Of a DNA stretch of 64,000 nucleotides, positions 1 through 11,028 are shown piece after piece; positions within the stretch are counted from its first letter, which is position 1; each line of letters opens with the position of its first letter. Below the pieces are notes generated by a model that made no database searches, had not been told where the DNA came from, and worked only from the letters and a program-made list of their open reading frames with translations. Origin of the DNA: Desulfuromonadales bacterium. Its GTDB lineage: Bacteria; Desulfobacterota; Desulfuromonadia; Desulfuromonadales; SZUA-540. Location of the stretch: the NCBI GenBank assembly GCA_033549025.1, contig JAWSUS010000005.1, forward strand, positions 1-64,000. The letters run 5' to 3'. The translations under genes and the position numbers were made by a program.

Positions 1-189
1 CAAAGACCGCCAGTGGGATGTTCAGGGGTGACAAATCGGCAACGCCATGACCCCCTGGGTAGGCTTGACAGGGGTGGTGCTTGCTGTCGAACAATGTAAT
101 ACCCCTTTAGGGGAGGAAAATTATCCTGGCAATTCGGTTGGAAAAATAACTTGAGCGTGAACTGGATTTAGTGGACAAGTCCCTTCTTC

Positions 190-327
190 TTATCGATAAG
201 TTTCCCGTTGATTAACAAGCTTGATGTCCAAAATCTGCAAGGTGCTGTTTTTGATGCCGCAGACAATTCGGCAGTCACCGACGCGGTATCGCCACAGTCC
301 TCCTAAGGGCCCGGTTAATTTGTCAGG
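190..327 (-). pseudogene. C-terminal remnant of a RelE/StbE-family type II toxin
   Basis: Manual translation of the minus strand gives PDKLTGPLGGLWRYRVGDCRIVCGIKNSTLQILDIKLVNQRETYR*, matching the RelE pattern L.G.L.GLWRYRVGDYRI...ILV..IG.R..vY. No recognisable N-terminal half or antitoxin. Confidence 0.7.
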
Positions 328-371
328 ACTGACTCTTTTTGAAAATCGACAGCTAACCAATCCAGCGCTCT

Positions 372-1835
<1,464 letters not shown>

Positions 1836-1854
1836 GAGGCATCCTTTCTCGGCG

Positions 1855-3084
1855 TTAGCCGCCAGCGATCATACCAGCCCGCAACAAGAGCCACAGGGCG
1901 GCGACGGTGAGGGTCGCCAGGGTAACGGGGATGCCGATGCGGGCATGCTCGCACCAGTCGATGGTGATGCCCAAGCGGGCGGCCTGGTCGACGACGATGA
2001 TATTGGCGATGCTGCCGACGATAAGCAGGTTGCCGGCCAGGGTGCTGGCCAAAGCGAGGACCGGCCCGGCCAGGGGGTGGCTGGCCGCAGGCAGCAGCAG
2101 CAGGGTGGCCGGCACGTTGGAGACGAGATTGGCGAGGGGCACGGTGACGGCGAAAAGCCAGCCGGGGTGGCGCAGATCGACGCCGGTGGCGGCGAGAACC
2201 TGCATGCCCTGAGCCAGCAGGCCGGCCTCGGCCAAAGCCTGATTGACGATGAACAGGCCGATAAAGAGGACGAGCAATTGCCAGTCGACCAGGGCCAGGA
2301 TACGCCGCGAGGCCATGCGTCTGCTGCTGAGCAGGATGCCGGCCGCTGCCAGGGCCAGCAGTTCACGAGGCCAGGGCGCCACGAGAAAGGTGGCGACCAG
2401 CAGAATCAGCACGAGAAAGCCCTTGCGCGTTTGCCAAGGGTCATAGCCTGGCGCCTCGACCATCAGGGGTGGCAGCTCGCAGTGCCAACGCCCGCGATAG
2501 ACGCGGGCGATGATCCACCAGGTCAGGCCGAGCCCGAGCAGGGCTGGCAGACCCCCGTCGAAAAGATAGCCGGCGAAGGACAGCCCGAGACTCTGGCCGA
2601 TGAGCATATTCTGCGGATTGCCGATGAGGGTGGCGGCCGAACCGACATTGGCGGCGCAGGCCAAGGCCAGCAGAAAGGGCTTGGGGTCGAGTTGTCGCCG
2701 CAGGCAGCCTTCCACCAGCATGGGCGCCATGGCCAGGCAGACGATGTCGTTGGCAAGCAGGGCCGAAAGCAGACCGCAGACGGCAATGAGCAGCGCAAGC
2801 AGATTCTTGGGGGAGCGCTCGGCCGAGGCGAGTCCCAGGGTGAGGCGGCTGTAAAAACCGCCAAGACGGAACTGGGCGGAGACGACCATCAGGCCGAAGA
2901 GCAGGGCGATGGTCGGCACATCGACGGCGAGCCAGGCTTCGGTCAGGGTCAGTTGATCGGTGACAAGCAGCAGCAGGGCGCCGAGCAGGGCGATGCCCGT
3001 GCGGTCGAGGGCAAGGCCCGGCAGTCTGCCGAGGATCATGCCAAGGTAGACAAAAAGAAAGACGAGCAGGACGGTCCAGTTCAC
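1855..3084 (-). CDS. ArsB/NhaD (IT superfamily) anion permease
   Basis: About 11 hydrophobic segments; ANVGSAATLIGNPQN, NLVSNVPA and LAGNLLIVGSIANIIV motifs. GTG start overlaps the mscS stop. Confidence 0.85.
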   Translation of the reverse strand: MNWTVLLVFLFVYLGMILGRLPGLALDRTGIALLGALLLLVTDQLTLTEAWLAVDVPTIALLFGLMVVSAQFRLGGFYSRLTLGLASAERSPKNLLALLIAVCGLLSALLANDIVCLAMAPMLVEGCLRRQLDPKPFLLALACAANVGSAATLIGNPQNMLIGQSLGLSFAGYLFDGGLPALLGLGLTWWIIARVYRGRWHCELPPLMVEAPGYDPWQTRKGFLVLILLVATFLVAPWPRELLALAAAGILLSSRRMASRRILALVDWQLLVLFIGLFIVNQALAEAGLLAQGMQVLAATGVDLRHPGWLFAVTVPLANLVSNVPATLLLLPAASHPLAGPVLALASTLAGNLLIVGSIANIIVVDQAARLGITIDWCEHARIGIPVTLATLTVAALWLLLRAGMIAGG

Positions 3085-3941
3085 GGAGTACTCTTCTCCG
3101 CCGGCGCCGCCGTGGGGGGCAAGGGACCGGTAGCCTGAAAGATCTTATTGGCCTCAGCCGGGGGCAGCAAACCTAGTCGATTGATCTCCTGCTTGATGCG
3201 CTCGGTGATGTCGCTGGCCATCAGACGCTCAAGACGGACGTCGAGCACATAGGCCTTGATCTTGTAGCGGGTAAGAAAAGTGAAGTCAAAATGGTCCTCA
3301 ACGATGATGATGATCGGTTTTTTCAGATAGACGTAGGGCGAGCAGGCCGCCGCCTCCCAGGCAATTTCCCGCACGGTCTGGGTGTCGATCGAGGCCGGCA
3401 GCAGAAGCTCGGTGACGATCATCTCGTCGAGTTCTCCCGTGTTGGAATTGGAAACGGCCTGGCCCAGCACCATGGAGTTGGGCAGGGTGACATAGCTGTC
3501 GTCGAAGGTGTGCAGGGTGACGGAGCGCAATCCGATATCGGTGATTTCCCCGTAGTGATCCCCCGCTTTGACCATGTCTCCCACCCGAAAGGGGCGGTCG
3601 AAGAGGATGAGGATGCCAGCGATGAGGTTGCGGATGAGATCCTGAGCGCCGAGGCCGATGGCCAGACCGGCCGAAGCCGTGATGGCCAGCACCGTGTTCA
3701 TGGGAGGTTCGAGGATGGAGAAGGTGATAGCCGGAATGGCGATGAGCCAGGTCAGCAGTCGCAGTACGGGAAAGAGACTGGAGATGAATAGACGGTAGCG
3801 GGAAAACTTGTCGGCCAGAATTTCAGCCAGTTTCTGCAGACCCCGGGTGAAGAGCCAGACGGCGACGATGACGGCCAGAGCGACCAACAGGCGGCTGTCG
3901 CTGAACAGTTCGGTAATAAATTTAGCGGTTTCGTCTTTCAT
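3081..3941 (-). CDS. Small-conductance mechanosensitive channel (MscS family)
   Basis: GLAIGLGAQDLIRNLIAG...DRPFRVGD...GEITDIGLRS...LPNS. Confidence 0.9.
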   Translation of the reverse strand: MKDETAKFITELFSDSRLLVALAVIVAVWLFTRGLQKLAEILADKFSRYRLFISSLFPVLRLLTWLIAIPAITFSILEPPMNTVLAITASAGLAIGLGAQDLIRNLIAGILILFDRPFRVGDMVKAGDHYGEITDIGLRSVTLHTFDDSYVTLPNSMVLGQAVSNSNTGELDEMIVTELLLPASIDTQTVREIAWEAAACSPYVYLKKPIIIIVEDHFDFTFLTRYKIKAYVLDVRLERLMASDITERIKQEINRLGLLPPAEANKIFQATGPLPPTAAPAEKSTP

Positions 3942-3954
3942 GAGGATTCACCCG

Positions 3955-6333
3955 TCAGTAGAGGATGTTCTGAGAGAGCAGGATATCGCTGACCGGCCCG
4001 ACGAAGATCGGGTTGATGGTATAGCGACGCCCGAGACCTTCGGCTTCGGTTTCGGCGACTTCGAGCAGATTGATCTGCCCGAGATAGTCGAGGGTCAGCT
4101 GGCTGCGCAGGGGAGAAAGCCGGAAGATCTCACTGTGCTCTCCCACCGAGAGCCCCCCATGACTGATGATCTCGGAGAGGGTGAAAAGGTAGAGGCGTTC
4201 CAGGCTCTTCACGAAGCGGTAATCGATCCGGCCCAGCGGGCAGACGCGGATCTCCTTGCTCTCAGGGTCATAGTGGACGCTCAACTGCCAGTAATAGAGC
4301 GCGGCGTGGATATTTCCGCAACAGGCCTCGAACATCTGGCGAAAATATTTCTCTTTCCGCTCTTTTTGCGCGGCGGCCAAGTCTTCTTCGGAAGCGTCTT
4401 CGGCCACTTCCTTATCCTTTTCCGGCAAAAAGTGCAGTTTGTAGCCGGTGGTGTGCTGACGCAGCAGCAGCATGTCGCGGATTTCGGCGCTGCTGTGAAA
4501 AAGGGTCTGTATCTGGTGGGTGAAGTACTGCCCAAGACGCAGCTGATAATCCAGGCGGATGTAGGGGTATTGCCGGAAGGTCATCACCCACAGACAGTGT
4601 CCCCGGGTCGCCAGAAGCACATAGAGAAAAGCTTCGGCAGCTTGTCGCCCGCCGATGGTGCGCAACAGCAGATTATGGCCGTCTTCCACCATCAGAATAA
4701 ACGGCTCCCGGGACCGTATATAGGCCACCACATCCGTCAGCGCAACGAAAGGGGGCGCCTCGTCGAACCATTGTGCGAAGAGGGCGAGGACATCCTCCTC
4801 GCGGCGCAGTCTTTTTCCGATGGATTGCCGGATCAGGGGGTGCCGGGCGCCGTATTCACTGGCGAAACAGTTGACCAGTGTGGTCTTGCCGCTGCCTTCC
4901 GGGCCGGTGATGGCCACGCTGCAGGTGCGCCCTTCCTGCCAGCGATTCAGCACTTCGGACAAAGTCTCCATCTCTTCATCGCGGCCGACGAGAAACTCCC
5001 GGCTGCGCAGGGGGCCGCTGTTGAAGAGGCGCCGGTAAACCGGGGGGAGATTTTGGCTTTGCCGAGCCAGTTCGGCCTTGGACGGAAGATCGGCCATGCG
5101 CAGCAGTTCTTCCTGCGCCGCCCCTTTGTTGACTTTTAAAAAGGGGAGGAAAACCGCCGCCTTTTTCCGCAGCTGCGCAAGGAGCCCTTTGGCCTCCTGC
5201 TGGTCGGCAGGGAGGTTCAGCTCTTTGCTCAAGCGCTTGAACCGGCTGCGGATGGCCAGAAGGCGCCGATGGAATTCCCAGCGCAGGCGCGCCCGCCAGA
5301 GGCGGGCCTTGAGCATGTCTTCGTAAAGGAAGGAGGTCAGCCGCTCGTGCTCCAGGTCGAGTTGGGCGGGGAACTCTTCAAAAAAGGAGACCAGGGGCGC
5401 ATCGACTTCCTGCAGGCTGGCGGCAGTCTGCTCCAGAACCTCCACGACCAGCTTGCGTATCTCCGCCAGCTTGGCCTGCCATTCGGCCGCTGACAAAGCT
5501 TCCTCATCGTCTTTCTGGCGGTCATTCAGCAGCTCGTTGAGCTCTTCGATGGCGGCCGTCAGGTTGAAGCGCAGGTTTCGCCAGCTATCCCCCAACGTCT
5601 CTCTGGTTTTCTCGAAAACGGTTTCATAATCCTTGACCAGCCGATGTTCACTGACCTGCTGCCGGTCGGGAAGATGCTGCCGGGCAAGTTGCTGGGCCGG
5701 CAGGCGGGTCTGACGATAGCGTCGCTGCAGTTGCCTTCGGGCCTGCCAGAACAGCAGGCGGTTGAGGGGCGCCAGGGAGGAGGCGCAGACCCGGTCGAGA
5801 AAGGCCGTTTTCTCCCGGGTGAAGATGCTCTGGCCATGGAGGGGCTCGGCGCCTTCCTGGCGGGGCTTGATCAGGAAGATTTCCTGCGGCAGTTTTTTGA
5901 TGCAGGCCTGGTAGCCGTCATAGATCTGCTCCAGGCTCTGCCCGACCGGGCGGCGCTTGGACGTGAACGGTTTAAGCGCCTGGTCAAGCTGATAGCGCAC
6001 GCGCTGATAGAGCCACAGCATCTGGGCGTCGATTTCACTCAGCAGCTTTTTCGTCGCCTTGTCGTCGCCAGACTGTTCCGGCGACGTCTCGTCGAAGGCG
6101 GCAGAGAGTTTTTCCCGGCTCTTCGCCAGGTCTTCGGCCGCTTTGTCGAGGCTCTGGGATAGGGCTTCCTGGTTTTTTTCGAGGCGCGCCAGGGCGTTTT
6201 GCCGAGCTGCGACGAAGGTGGATTCCAGGTCGCCAAAAAACTGCTCCAAAACGGGCAGGCCGTCTTCTGTGCCCAGAAAAGAATCGTTTCTGGCCCGGCG
6301 CTCCATGAGGCGCTGGCAGCTTTCCTTCTTCAT
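3955..6333 (-). CDS. Large P-loop NTPase: N-terminal helical/coiled-coil region, AAA/STAND-like domain and probable C-terminal wHTH; function unknown
   Basis: FLVGRDEE, Walker A GPEGSGKT, Walker B-like ILMVEDGHNL. The N-terminal ~400 aa is charged and helical. Confidence 0.8.
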   Translation of the reverse strand: MKKESCQRLMERRARNDSFLGTEDGLPVLEQFFGDLESTFVAARQNALARLEKNQEALSQSLDKAAEDLAKSREKLSAAFDETSPEQSGDDKATKKLLSEIDAQMLWLYQRVRYQLDQALKPFTSKRRPVGQSLEQIYDGYQACIKKLPQEIFLIKPRQEGAEPLHGQSIFTREKTAFLDRVCASSLAPLNRLLFWQARRQLQRRYRQTRLPAQQLARQHLPDRQQVSEHRLVKDYETVFEKTRETLGDSWRNLRFNLTAAIEELNELLNDRQKDDEEALSAAEWQAKLAEIRKLVVEVLEQTAASLQEVDAPLVSFFEEFPAQLDLEHERLTSFLYEDMLKARLWRARLRWEFHRRLLAIRSRFKRLSKELNLPADQQEAKGLLAQLRKKAAVFLPFLKVNKGAAQEELLRMADLPSKAELARQSQNLPPVYRRLFNSGPLRSREFLVGRDEEMETLSEVLNRWQEGRTCSVAITGPEGSGKTTLVNCFASEYGARHPLIRQSIGKRLRREEDVLALFAQWFDEAPPFVALTDVVAYIRSREPFILMVEDGHNLLLRTIGGRQAAEAFLYVLLATRGHCLWVMTFRQYPYIRLDYQLRLGQYFTHQIQTLFHSSAEIRDMLLLRQHTTGYKLHFLPEKDKEVAEDASEEDLAAAQKERKEKYFRQMFEACCGNIHAALYYWQLSVHYDPESKEIRVCPLGRIDYRFVKSLERLYLFTLSEIISHGGLSVGEHSEIFRLSPLRSQLTLDYLGQINLLEVAETEAEGLGRRYTINPIFVGPVSDILLSQNILY

Positions 6334-6367
6334 AGAAATATCCCGGAGGTGGTGGGGAATAAAGGCT

Positions 6368-7441
6368 TCACAGCCATTTTCTCCTTTTAAAGACGATGAA
6401 AAAGCCCAGGCCGATGACGATCATGATCAGCCATAGAGCCGGGTAGCTCCAGCGCCAGGCGAGCTCGGGCATGTAGTGAAAATTCATGCCGTAGACACCG
6501 GCCAGAAAGGTCAGGGGGATGAAGATGCTGGCCATGATGGTGAGCACCTTCATGATCTCGTTCATTTTATTGCTCAGGCTGGACAGGTACAGATCAAGCA
6601 TGCCGGCGATGATGTCCCGGAAGGTCTCCACCGTGTCGATGACCTGGATGGTGTGGTCGTAGACGTCGCGCAGGTAGATCTTCGTCGTGTCGCCGATCAG
6701 GTCAGACTCGTCCCGCTGCATGCCGCTGATCAGTTCGCGCAAGGGCCAGACCGATTTGCGCAGCAGAATCATCTCGCGCTTGAAGTTGTGAATGGCGTGC
6801 AGCGTATCCTGGTCCGGTGCACCGATCAACTCATCCTCCAGATCCTCAATCTGATCGCCGATTTGTTCCAGAATGGAAAAATAGTGGTCGACCACCGCGT
6901 CGATCAGGGCGTAAGCCAGATAGTCGGCGCCCATTTTGCGGATGCGCCCCTTGTTGTTGCGCAGGCGATCCCTGATTTTATCGAAAACATCCCCCTCTTT
7001 TTCCTGAAAAGAAAGCACAAAGTCGTGGCCCAGAATGAGACTGACCTGCTCGGTGCGGACCTCACAGCGCTCCTGGTCATAAAAAGGCATTTTGAGCACA
7101 ATAAAGGCATAATCGTCAAAGGCTTCGAACTTGGGGCGATGATCGGTGTTGAGGATGTCCTCTTGGACCAGGGGGTGCAGACTGAAGCAGTCGCCGATGT
7201 TCTGGATGACCGCCGGTTGATGGATGCCATCGATGTTGATCCAGCTTACGGTCGGCCGCCCTTTGAGGGCACAGCAGGCGGCGGCCTCTTCGGCGGCAAG
7301 GTCCTGTTCCTCCAGTTGATTGGCATCGTAGTCGATATAATGGAGGTGAACGGCTTCCGTGCGTTTTTCGCCGACATGAATCAGGGTGCCAGGCGCCGAG
7401 CCGGCGGGTTTGCCTCTTTTACGGAGCAGTTTTCTGGGCAT
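6368..7441 (-). CDS. corA: Magnesium/cobalt transporter CorA
   Basis: YGMNF signature, MPEL loop and two C-terminal TM helices. Confidence 0.95.
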   Translation of the reverse strand: MPRKLLRKRGKPAGSAPGTLIHVGEKRTEAVHLHYIDYDANQLEEQDLAAEEAAACCALKGRPTVSWINIDGIHQPAVIQNIGDCFSLHPLVQEDILNTDHRPKFEAFDDYAFIVLKMPFYDQERCEVRTEQVSLILGHDFVLSFQEKEGDVFDKIRDRLRNNKGRIRKMGADYLAYALIDAVVDHYFSILEQIGDQIEDLEDELIGAPDQDTLHAIHNFKREMILLRKSVWPLRELISGMQRDESDLIGDTTKIYLRDVYDHTIQVIDTVETFRDIIAGMLDLYLSSLSNKMNEIMKVLTIMASIFIPLTFLAGVYGMNFHYMPELAWRWSYPALWLIMIVIGLGFFIVFKRRKWL

Positions 7442-7656
7442 GTGCCGACCTTTCCAGTCTAAGCGCGTTAAATGTTTTAATTATGACGCTTTTTGCCGGA
7501 AAATCAAAAGATATGAGGAAGAAGGCTCCTCGGGCAGGCGAGGGTGGCGCCCGAAAAAATCGTTGAATTCGGTGGGTCATCGTGCGAAATTGGCGTGGTT
7601 CGCTATGTGGGATTATATGTGGCACCTGGTAGGGTCTTGGGCGGAAAGGGAAAGGG

Positions 7657-8907
7657 ATGTTCATACTGACTTTGAACTGTTGGAGCTATTCGGTGCGCTA
7701 CCATCTTTTCGACTGGCACCGGCGGGTCCTTTTGGCCCGCGGTCAGGTGGATCGGGTGGCGGTGGGGGGCACCACGGTGACCCACAATGTGCCGGGACGC
7801 CCCACCCATGTCCGTTGCCAGGAGTGCGCCGATCATCGCCAGGCTTTGGCTCTCATCCTCCACCTGCTGAGCGATGTCGACCAGGGGGTGCTGCAGGAGG
7901 GGGAACGTCTCGGGGCCATCAGCCATCGCGTCGCCCACGGCGGCGACCGTTTTACCCATTCGGTGCAGATCGATGGCGACGTGCTGGCGGCCATTAAAGA
8001 CCTGCGCCGGCTGGCGCCCCTGCACAATGAGCCGAACATCGCCGGCATCGAAGCGGCCATCGCTCTGCTGTCCGACGTTCCCCAGGTGGCCGTGTTCGAC
8101 ACCGCCTTTCATCAGACACTGAGCCCGACCGCCTTCATCTATCCTCTTCCCTACGAATGGTACGAAAAGCACCGCCTCCGTCGCTACGGTTTTCACGGCC
8201 CCTCCCATCTCTACATGTCCAAGCGGGCGTCCGTGCGTCTGGGCAAGGAGCCGGGCGATTGCAACCTCATCACCATCCACGTGGACCGTGGTGTCTCCCT
8301 CTGCGCCATCCGCCAGGGCATTTCCGTCGACACCAGCATGGGCATGACGCCTCTGGAGGGGGCCATCATGGGGACGCGCTGCGGCGATATCGATGCCGGT
8401 ATTCTCCCCTATGTCATGACCCGGGGCGGCTACTCACCGCGGGAGATGGACAGCATCCTCAATCTGGAATGCGGCCTGCGGGGCATCACCGGGCGCTTCA
8501 GCGAACGCGGCGATGTGCTGGCCGCCGTAGTGGATGGCGATGAACGCTGTGAACTGGCCCTTGCTATGGAAACCTACCGTCTGCGCAAGTACATTGGCGC
8601 CTACATGAGCGCTCTTGGCGGCGTGGACGCCATCGTTTTTACTTCGGGGGCGGGGGATCTTGAATGGATCAGCCGGGAGCGGATTCTGCGGGACATGGAG
8701 TTTTTCGGCATTCACCTCGATGTCCAGCGCAACCGTTCCGCCGTGGCCATGCCGGGGGAAACGACCATCACCCGCGACGATTCACCGGTCAAGGTCTTTG
8801 TGGTGCCGGCCAACGAGGAACGGGTCTTCGCCGAGGACGCTGCCGCCATTCTGGCCGGCACCTATGCGGACCACCTGAGCTATCCCTATACCTTCACCCG
8901 CCCTTGA
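7657..8907 (+). CDS. ackA: Acetate kinase-family protein (divergent paralog)
   Basis: HRVAHGG, LAPLHN, VAVFDTAFHQT, YGFHG, DTSMGMTPLEG, GTRCGDID and ANEE are present; several nucleotide-binding motifs are altered. Confidence 0.85.
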   Translation: MFILTLNCWSYSVRYHLFDWHRRVLLARGQVDRVAVGGTTVTHNVPGRPTHVRCQECADHRQALALILHLLSDVDQGVLQEGERLGAISHRVAHGGDRFTHSVQIDGDVLAAIKDLRRLAPLHNEPNIAGIEAAIALLSDVPQVAVFDTAFHQTLSPTAFIYPLPYEWYEKHRLRRYGFHGPSHLYMSKRASVRLGKEPGDCNLITIHVDRGVSLCAIRQGISVDTSMGMTPLEGAIMGTRCGDIDAGILPYVMTRGGYSPREMDSILNLECGLRGITGRFSERGDVLAAVVDGDERCELALAMETYRLRKYIGAYMSALGGVDAIVFTSGAGDLEWISRERILRDMEFFGIHLDVQRNRSAVAMPGETTITRDDSPVKVFVVPANEERVFAEDAAAILAGTYADHLSYPYTFTRP

Positions 8908-8910
8908 GGG

Positions 8911-10284
8911 CTATTCGGTAACGATGAGGATCTGCAGATCGCAGACGTTGGTATTGGTCGGCCCCGTCTTCAGCAGGCCGTCGATCTGGTCGAAGAAGGT
9001 GTAGGCATCGTTGTCGCGTAGAAAGGCCCCGACGGAGAGCCCCTTTTGGTCCGCATCCGCCAGCAGCTCCACGGCGGCGAAGGCGCCGGCGGCGTCGGTG
9101 GGGCCGTCGTTGCCGTCGGTTGAGGCCGACAGCAGATAGAGGCCGCCGCAGTTTTCCGGGTCCTGCTGCATCTCCGCCAGAGCCGCCAGGGCGATCTCCT
9201 GGTTGCGCCCCCCCTTGCCTTTTCCGCGCAGGGTCACGGTGGTTTCGCCGCCGGCGATAATGCAGGCCGGTTTGGGACCGAGCACACTGGCCTTGCGGAT
9301 GTCCTTGCCGATTCCCACCAGCACCTTGGCCCATTCGCGGGCCTCGCCGCTCACCTGGGAGGTGAGGATGGTCGTGTGGTAGCCCCATTGGCTGGCGGCG
9401 TCGCGGGCGGCCAGCAGGCTGACATAGTTGCTGCCGATCAGGATGTTGGCCACGCGGTCAAAAATGGCATCGCCCGGTTTGGGAGTCTCTTTCAGTTCGC
9501 CGTCGGCGCCTCTTTGCAGAACGGCCAGCGCCCTCGCGGAAATTTCACCGGCGATATCGTATTTATTCAGGATCTCCAGGCAGTCGGCAAAGGTTGTGTG
9601 GTCAGGGCTGGTCAGGCCGGAAGCGATGGCGTCGAGGCGGTCGCCGACCACGTCGGAAAGGATAAAGCTCAGACAGCGGGCAGGGGCGATGGCCCGCGCC
9701 AGACGACCGCCCTTGATGTCCGACAGGTGTTTGCGGATGGCGTTGATCTCGTTGATGGTGGCGCCGCAGGCCAGCAGGGCGCGGGTGACCTGCTGTTTGT
9801 CGGCCAGACTGAGGCCCTCCATCCTGTTGTCGCCCTGGAAAGGACAGGCCAGCAGGGCGGAGCCGCCACCGGAAATGAGATGAATGACCAGGGTTTTTTC
9901 GTCTGCGGCGGTTGCCATCTCCAGCATGCGTTGGCCGGCCAGGACGCTGGCGTCGTCCGGTACGGGATGGCCGGCCTCCAGGGTTTCAATATGGTTAAGC
10001 GTTTCGGTGTGACCGTACTTGACGGCGATGAGACCCCGGTCGATGCGCGCCCCGAGGATCTCCTCGAAAGCCAGAGCCATCTTGGCCGTCGCTTTGCCCG
10101 TCCCCATGACATAGAGCTGCTGGTAGTCGTTGAGATCGACCTCGAAAAAATCGTCCTCGATATCGATGGTCAGCAGGCTGCCGTTTAAGCGCACACGATT
10201 GAGTATCATGCGGTAGGGATCGACCCGGGCCAGGGCGGCGGCAAAGATATCGCTCAGGTGCTGAAATTCCATCGCTCGGCTCAT
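8911..10284 (-). CDS. Glycerate kinase type 2 (MOFRL/DUF4147 family)
   Basis: GKA, AGHPVPD, LISGGGSAL, SDVVGD, GGETTV, GGRNQE, TDGNDGPT and TGPTNTNVCD. Confidence 0.92.
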   Translation of the reverse strand: MSRAMEFQHLSDIFAAALARVDPYRMILNRVRLNGSLLTIDIEDDFFEVDLNDYQQLYVMGTGKATAKMALAFEEILGARIDRGLIAVKYGHTETLNHIETLEAGHPVPDDASVLAGQRMLEMATAADEKTLVIHLISGGGSALLACPFQGDNRMEGLSLADKQQVTRALLACGATINEINAIRKHLSDIKGGRLARAIAPARCLSFILSDVVGDRLDAIASGLTSPDHTTFADCLEILNKYDIAGEISARALAVLQRGADGELKETPKPGDAIFDRVANILIGSNYVSLLAARDAASQWGYHTTILTSQVSGEAREWAKVLVGIGKDIRKASVLGPKPACIIAGGETTVTLRGKGKGGRNQEIALAALAEMQQDPENCGGLYLLSASTDGNDGPTDAAGAFAAVELLADADQKGLSVGAFLRDNDAYTFFDQIDGLLKTGPTNTNVCDLQILIVTE

Positions 10285-10955
10285 GTCCTCTGCTCCTCTG
10301 CTTCCAGGTGGGTCAATTTTCGGAGATTGGCCTTGATCAGGGGATGATCGATGAGGTTGTCCGCCTGTTCAAAATAGGTGCGTGCCCGCTCCAGGTCCCG
10401 CCGGACATTCATGGCGATGACGCCCAGATTGTTGCGGGTGAGAAAGTGGGTGGGATCGGCCTCTGCCGCCCTCTGTAATTTTTCTTCCGCCTCCTTGAAA
10501 CGCTCTTCCTGCATCAGAGCGCATCCCGCCTCAAAGTCGTCCCTGGCCGTCAGTGCTCGGGCAAAGCGTTCGTCATCACGGCACAGGGCGATTTTGCTTT
10601 CCAGCAGCTGGCCTTCTTTGGATGGACGCCTCTCGGCGCGGGCGGCCTGGCGATAAAAATCCAGCGCGGCCATCCTCTCTCCCTTCAGAAAAGCCAACTC
10701 CGCCAGGGCGTTGAGCAGCGGCGGGGTTTCCCCCTGGCGGGCCCGTTCGGCCTGAAAGGCCTGCTCTGCCTCCTCGTAGCTTTTGGTGGCCATGTGCACC
10801 AGCCCAAGATTGTAGTGAACGCCGGGGTGCTCGGGATCAAGGCGGACCAGTTTGCGCCAATACGCCGCCGACTTGTGGAAATCGGACGCGACGAAACTGT
10901 TCATGGCCAGCCTCTCCAGCAGGCGAGTACGGAGGAAGGTCAGAGGGTTTCTCAT
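10281..10955 (-). CDS. Tetratricopeptide repeat protein
   Basis: TPR-like repeats (VHYNLGLVHM..YEEAEQAF; RNNLGVIAM..LERARTYF). Stop overlaps the glycerate kinase start. Confidence 0.8.
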   Translation of the reverse strand: MRNPLTFLRTRLLERLAMNSFVASDFHKSAAYWRKLVRLDPEHPGVHYNLGLVHMATKSYEEAEQAFQAERARQGETPPLLNALAELAFLKGERMAALDFYRQAARAERRPSKEGQLLESKIALCRDDERFARALTARDDFEAGCALMQEERFKEAEEKLQRAAEADPTHFLTRNNLGVIAMNVRRDLERARTYFEQADNLIDHPLIKANLRKLTHLEAEEQRT

Positions 10956-10983
10956 GGAATGGAACCTATTATGACAGCTTTAA

Positions 10984-11027
10984 ACCAGGCCCGTGGGGAC
11001 GGTTTTCACCGTCCCCACGGGCCTGGT
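10984..11027. terminator. Perfect 20-bp inverted repeat (terminator or mRNA-stabilising hairpin)
   Basis: ACCAGGCCCGTGGGGACGGT-TTTC-ACCGTCCCCACGGGCCTGGT directly after the gntP-family stop. Confidence 0.6.
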
Positions 11028-11028
11028 G

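Noticed and set aside
1..120. Possible gene start on the minus strand at the window edge
   Set aside because: The ATG frame stops after 8 codons, and the other open frame is too short to support a call.
7590..7640. TGGCG/TGGCAC upstream of the ackA paralog as a sigma54 promoter
   Set aside because: There is no GC at the required GG-N10-GC spacing.
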